A stretch of 62,326 nucleotides of DNA, counting the filler, from Sphacelaria rigidula (Eukaryota): the NCBI GenBank assembly GCA_964200075.2. It is 9 parts of 9 records of this genome, joined end to end, with 100 filler letters (N's around TTAATTAATTAA, not from the genome) between each part and the next. Parts side by side here need not be neighbours in the genome. Positions count along the whole stretch, not along the records: positions 55,492 to 62,326 come from CAXNAA020017840.1; 8 more parts are not named here. One strand, written 5' to 3'. The first letter of the stretch is position 1, and every line of letters begins with the position of its first letter. The position numbers and the translations under genes are program-made. Below, piece after piece: positions 61,616-62,326 of this stretch. The notes below the pieces were generated by a model. That model was given only the letters and a program-made list of their open reading frames with translations, did not search any database and was not told where the DNA came from.

Positions 61616-62326
61616 TTATATGCCGTTGCACGGAAGCATAAAGTTGTCTTGAAGCACAAATCGTATTCGTGTTATCGCCGTCGCCCTACATTCGCAAGGG
61701 CCCGCAGCAAGCCGGTGCTGAAACGCGAGCCATTCCCTGGCAAATCCCCGCATAGTCGTCCCGTACTAGTTTCGGCCACTATTTCTTCATTCTTTGGTTT
61801 TTTTATTCGTCACACTTTGAACCCCTCCCCTTCCTCGGGACGAGTCCGTGGTATCAAGAGATCAACCCATCTCTCCCCAGCACACGCCTTGCACTTTGGT
61901 GTCGCGGATTGGGTCAGCACTCCCGCACCGCGTCAACTCACGTCAACCAAACTCAGTCGACTGCATATGGTTTACGCGTGTCCTCACGCTTTCCACGGAG
62001 AGATACTGCGAAGTAGAAACCCAACGCATCGGGATTGGAACCCTCGTTTTCTCCACCCTAATGGCGACCGTAGCACCATTACACCACCGGGGCGCGGCGG
62101 CACTACCATGCCTGTTGTCAAGTACACGCTCGGAACTTGCTCCGCGGTATGCCACAGATTGTATGTTGCAAACTGCTGATTCTCGGGTAGACAGGAGACA
62201 GCGTCAAGCGTGAAGCGTCAAGCCGCTGCACGCTGGGCCTAGGGGCCCGATATCGGAAAATGACGGTACCCCTCCCCCCCCCCCGCCTGGTCCGGCGAGA
62301 ACCCGGCGTGCTCCGTCCCGGCTTTG

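Overview
This window is not one locus. It is nine unrelated contigs of 6837, 6837, 6837, 6836 (x5) and 6835 bp, sorted by length and joined by 100-nt N/TTAATTAATTAA linkers, so nothing can be inferred across a linker. The DNA is eukaryotic and intron-rich, most likely a brown alga (Phaeophyceae), judged from an EsV-1-7 repeat gene, GT-AG exons and flagellar genes. Recognisable host genes are the last 8 exons of an outer-arm (DNAH5/8, ODA2-type) dynein heavy chain, the last 3 exons of a PIG-O-type GPI ethanolamine-phosphate transferase, two pinin exons, one CFAP44-like exon and a gene with 10 full EsV-1-7 Cys/His repeats. Most of the rest is decayed mobile DNA: a Ty3/gypsy pol, two APE-type LINE relics (one chimeric), tRNA-derived SINEs and several MITE/foldback families. 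The leads most worth following are: (1) a single variable residue in the near-identical EsV-1-7 units, which could be a modular recognition code; (2) a spliced ParB/sulfiredoxin-fold gene; (3) a 674-bp TA-flanked foldback whose arms are coding-like BED-finger relics; (4) two PAM2-like motifs ahead of a LINE endonuclease. All family calls come from motif recognition by eye; no searches were run.
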